A DNA stretch of 64,000 bases, from contig CAYMZW010000002.1 of assembly GCA_964395005.1 (NCBI GenBank), positions 5,422-69,421 of the forward strand, read 5' to 3'. The translations under genes and the position numbers were made by a program. This DNA is from an uncultured Rivularia sp. (GTDB taxonomy: Bacteria; Cyanobacteriota; Cyanobacteriia; Cyanobacteriales; Nostocaceae). The notes below the pieces were generated by a model. The model saw nothing but the letters and a program-made list of their open reading frames with translations. It did no database searches and was not told the origin of the DNA. Numbering within the stretch: the first letter of the stretch is position 1; the number at the start of each line of letters is the position of its first letter. Shown piece by piece: positions 61,638-64,000 of the stretch.

Positions 61638-63142
61638 CAGGGCAAACGCATCTAAATTTAAAAGGTGTGGGTGCAGCGTAGCTGCACTCAACACCGCCAG
61701 TGCGATCGCCCTCTCAAAGTACTGCTGCTCCGTCAATCTGTGGTAGCCTAAAAAAATCAGAATGGGGTGTACTTTGACAAAATGAAACTAAAGCCAAAGG
61801 AAACAATTGCGGACTATTTTATGGGTGTTGAAGATCCTCGAATTGAACGCACCTTCGCGACATCAGCTAATTGATGTAATTACGATAGCAATTTGTGCAG
61901 TAATTTGTGGGGCTGAGTCATGGGTAGCAATTGAAACATATGGACAAGCGAAAAAAGAATGGTTAAAGCGTTTCTTAGAACTGCCAAATGGTATCCCCTC
62001 ACATGATACATTTGCAAGAATATTTTCTTTGATAGATCCACAAAACTTTCAAGAATGTTTTGTGTCATGGATGAAATCAGTTGCAAATTTAACCGATGGT
62101 GAAGTGATTGCAATTGATGGTAAAAGTTTAAAACATTCATATGATAAGAAATTTGGGTATCGCGCAATTAATATGGTTAGTGCTTGGGCAACAAGCAATA
62201 AATTAGTTCTTGGTCAAATAAAGGTTGATAAGAAGTCGAATGAAATTACGGCGATACCGGAACTGATAAAAGTGTTAGATGTTGCTGGCTGCATCGTTAC
62301 TATTGACGCAATCGGATGTCAAAAAGAAATAGTTAATGTTATATCACAAAAAGATGGAGATTATGTAATCGCATTAAAAAAGAATCAAAAAAATTTGTAT
62401 GAAAGTGTAGAATCACTATTTAAAGAAGCGATATCAAAACGTAATAAAGGTGAGAATGCAAGTCACTACAGTACTCGTGAGTTGGGTCATGGACGTGAAG
62501 AGATACGTAATTATTTAATGCTTTCCGACATCTCCAATAGAATTGATTCAGAGAATAAATGGGAAAAATTAAACAGTATAGGTATGGTTGAATCAGTTAG
62601 AACCGAGAATGGTAAAACAACTGTTGAAACTCGTTATTATATTAGCAGTTTAAACTTAGATGCAAAGAAGTTTGGTGAATCAGTTCGGAGCCATTGGGGT
62701 ATTGAAAATTCGTTACATTGGATATTGGATGTAGCGTTAAATGAAGATGATTGTAGAATAAGAAAGGATAACGCACCACAAAATTTTGCTGTTCTCCGTC
62801 ACATCGCGGTTAATCTTTTAGGTAAAGAAAAAAGTAAAAAGCTTGGAGTTAAAAATAAGCAATTTTTAGCTGCTATGGATGATAATTATCTTGCGAAAGT
62901 TTTAAATTTAGCAATTTAAATCTAATTCTAATAATCTTGAATATTTTAAAGTTTTTAGATTATTAAATCTACTAGTATGTGCTGTCTATAATTCATAAGT
63001 TTGTGTAATATAAAATACTTATCTTACTGACAAAAGCCATACAGTGAAATACCAAGTATATTTCGTAGTTCAAGAGGCGATCGCACAGTGGCGCTGGTGC
63101 GGCTACGCCGCACCTAGCTTAATTTTAGATGCGTTTGCCCTG
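61638..63142 (+). mobile_element. ISAs1-family insertion sequence
   Basis: IRs CAGGGCAAACGCATCTAAA; 10-bp target duplication GTTTTAATGC (61628-61637 and 63143-63152). Confidence 0.93.
61782..62919 (+). pseudogene. ISAs1 transposase, frameshifted near 61855
   Basis: MKLKPK...VEDPRIERT then RHQLID in another frame; GIPSHDTF, AIDGK, TIDAIG, HWGIEN. Confidence 0.85.
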
Positions 63143-63269
63143 GTTTTAATGCTAAGTTATCGCAATTGTTCGGTAGTCTATTACTGACAATAAAAGCACC
63201 AAAGTAAAAAACTTTGATGGTGCGACTTCATTTTTCTAGAATTACTAATTGCCTGGTAAATTATCAGGG

Positions 63270-63986
63270 TCAATACCTTTTGAGCGTAAATATTGTGCTA
63301 ACCGTTCTGCTCTTTCTTCTTCCGCTTGTGCCTAATCGCTTTTCTTGAATAGCAATTTCTTCTGGCATCAAATAACGATTTCCACTTTCGTCATACCAAG
63401 ATAAAAATTCCTGTTCAATTCCACCAATTTCACCTTGATGTCTTCCAATTCCTAAACCAATTTCTGGTAGCCATAATGGTTCTTTAATTTGTAACTCGTA
63501 ATTACCATCTACCAATTTATAAACGGACAGCGGTTGATGTTGGTCGCGCTGCCAATATTCAGGGTTGTAAATTATGTAGTAAAGTACGCCAAGTTTTCGA
63601 TAAATTTCTAATTTATCGTCGTATTCATTACCTGGAGTGTACGATACAATTTCTAAGGTCAGTATTGGTACTATGTCATTTTCTTCCCAAACTGCATAGC
63701 TCCTGCGAGATTTTCCACCTTTTTTACGCTCCACTCCCAAACTCAGAAATCCATCTGGGACAACATGTACTCTCGGGTTAGCACCTGTTGTATGGTAAAT
63801 TGCCATATCTACGCCAAAAAACCAATCAGTACGGCTTGCCCAAATTGAGTTAAGGAGGAATAATAGAATATTGGGCAGAAAATTCTGGTCTTCGTTATCC
63901 ACAGGAATATCATCCGAGCAAGCTAATTCGTCAGTACTTGGTAGCTCTATGAGTTTAAGGTTGTCTGAAAGCATGACATTACCCAT
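63270..63986 (-). CDS. Uma2 (DUF820) family putative endonuclease with a frameshifted C-terminal tail
   Basis: LPSTDELACSDDIPVDNEDQ, VPDGFL, LEIVS. The typical ERAERLAQYLRSKGIDPDNL tail is in another frame after ~63332. Confidence 0.85.
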   Translation of the reverse strand: MGNVMLSDNLKLIELPSTDELACSDDIPVDNEDQNFLPNILLFLLNSIWASRTDWFFGVDMAIYHTTGANPRVHVVPDGFLSLGVERKKGGKSRRSYAVWEENDIVPILTLEIVSYTPGNEYDDKLEIYRKLGVLYYIIYNPEYWQRDQHQPLSVYKLVDGNYELQIKEPLWLPEIGLGIGRHQGEIGGIEQEFLSWYDESGNRYLMPEEIAIQEKRLGTSGRRKSRTVSTIFTLKRY

Positions 63987-64000
63987 GTATAGTACACATC

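Overview
AT-rich cyanobacterial DNA (many HIP1 GCGATCGC sites, STRR-type repeats) from a decaying conjugative plasmid or integrated element. Positions 1-29.7 kb hold one giant minus-strand exoprotein gene (at least ~9,400 codons, running off the left edge). It encodes CARDB/Ig/PKD/dockerin/beta-propeller modules and three enzyme domains: an alpha/beta-hydrolase, a NucA-type His-Me nuclease and an HExxH metallopeptidase. It is broken by an out-of-frame deletion, an IS701-like insertion and a homopolymer frameshift. The most striking observation is a complete pentapeptide-repeat gene (1982-2482, +) nested antisense and codon-in-register inside the open giant ORF, just after the nuclease domain. 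It avoids every TTA/CTA/TCA codon, so both strands stay open; it is a candidate embedded DNA-mimic nuclease inhibitor. To the right are: a Tn3-family transposon with a tyrosine recombinase; three paralogous rep/XRE units, two with intragenic palindromic iteron arrays and a downstream dnaB; a cyanobacterial T4SS operon with an internally deleted VirB4 and a group II intron in the pilin gene; a consensus NtcA promoter upstream of an excisionase-like gene; an ISAs1 element; and a Uma2 gene. All domain calls come from motif recognition by eye, with no database searches.
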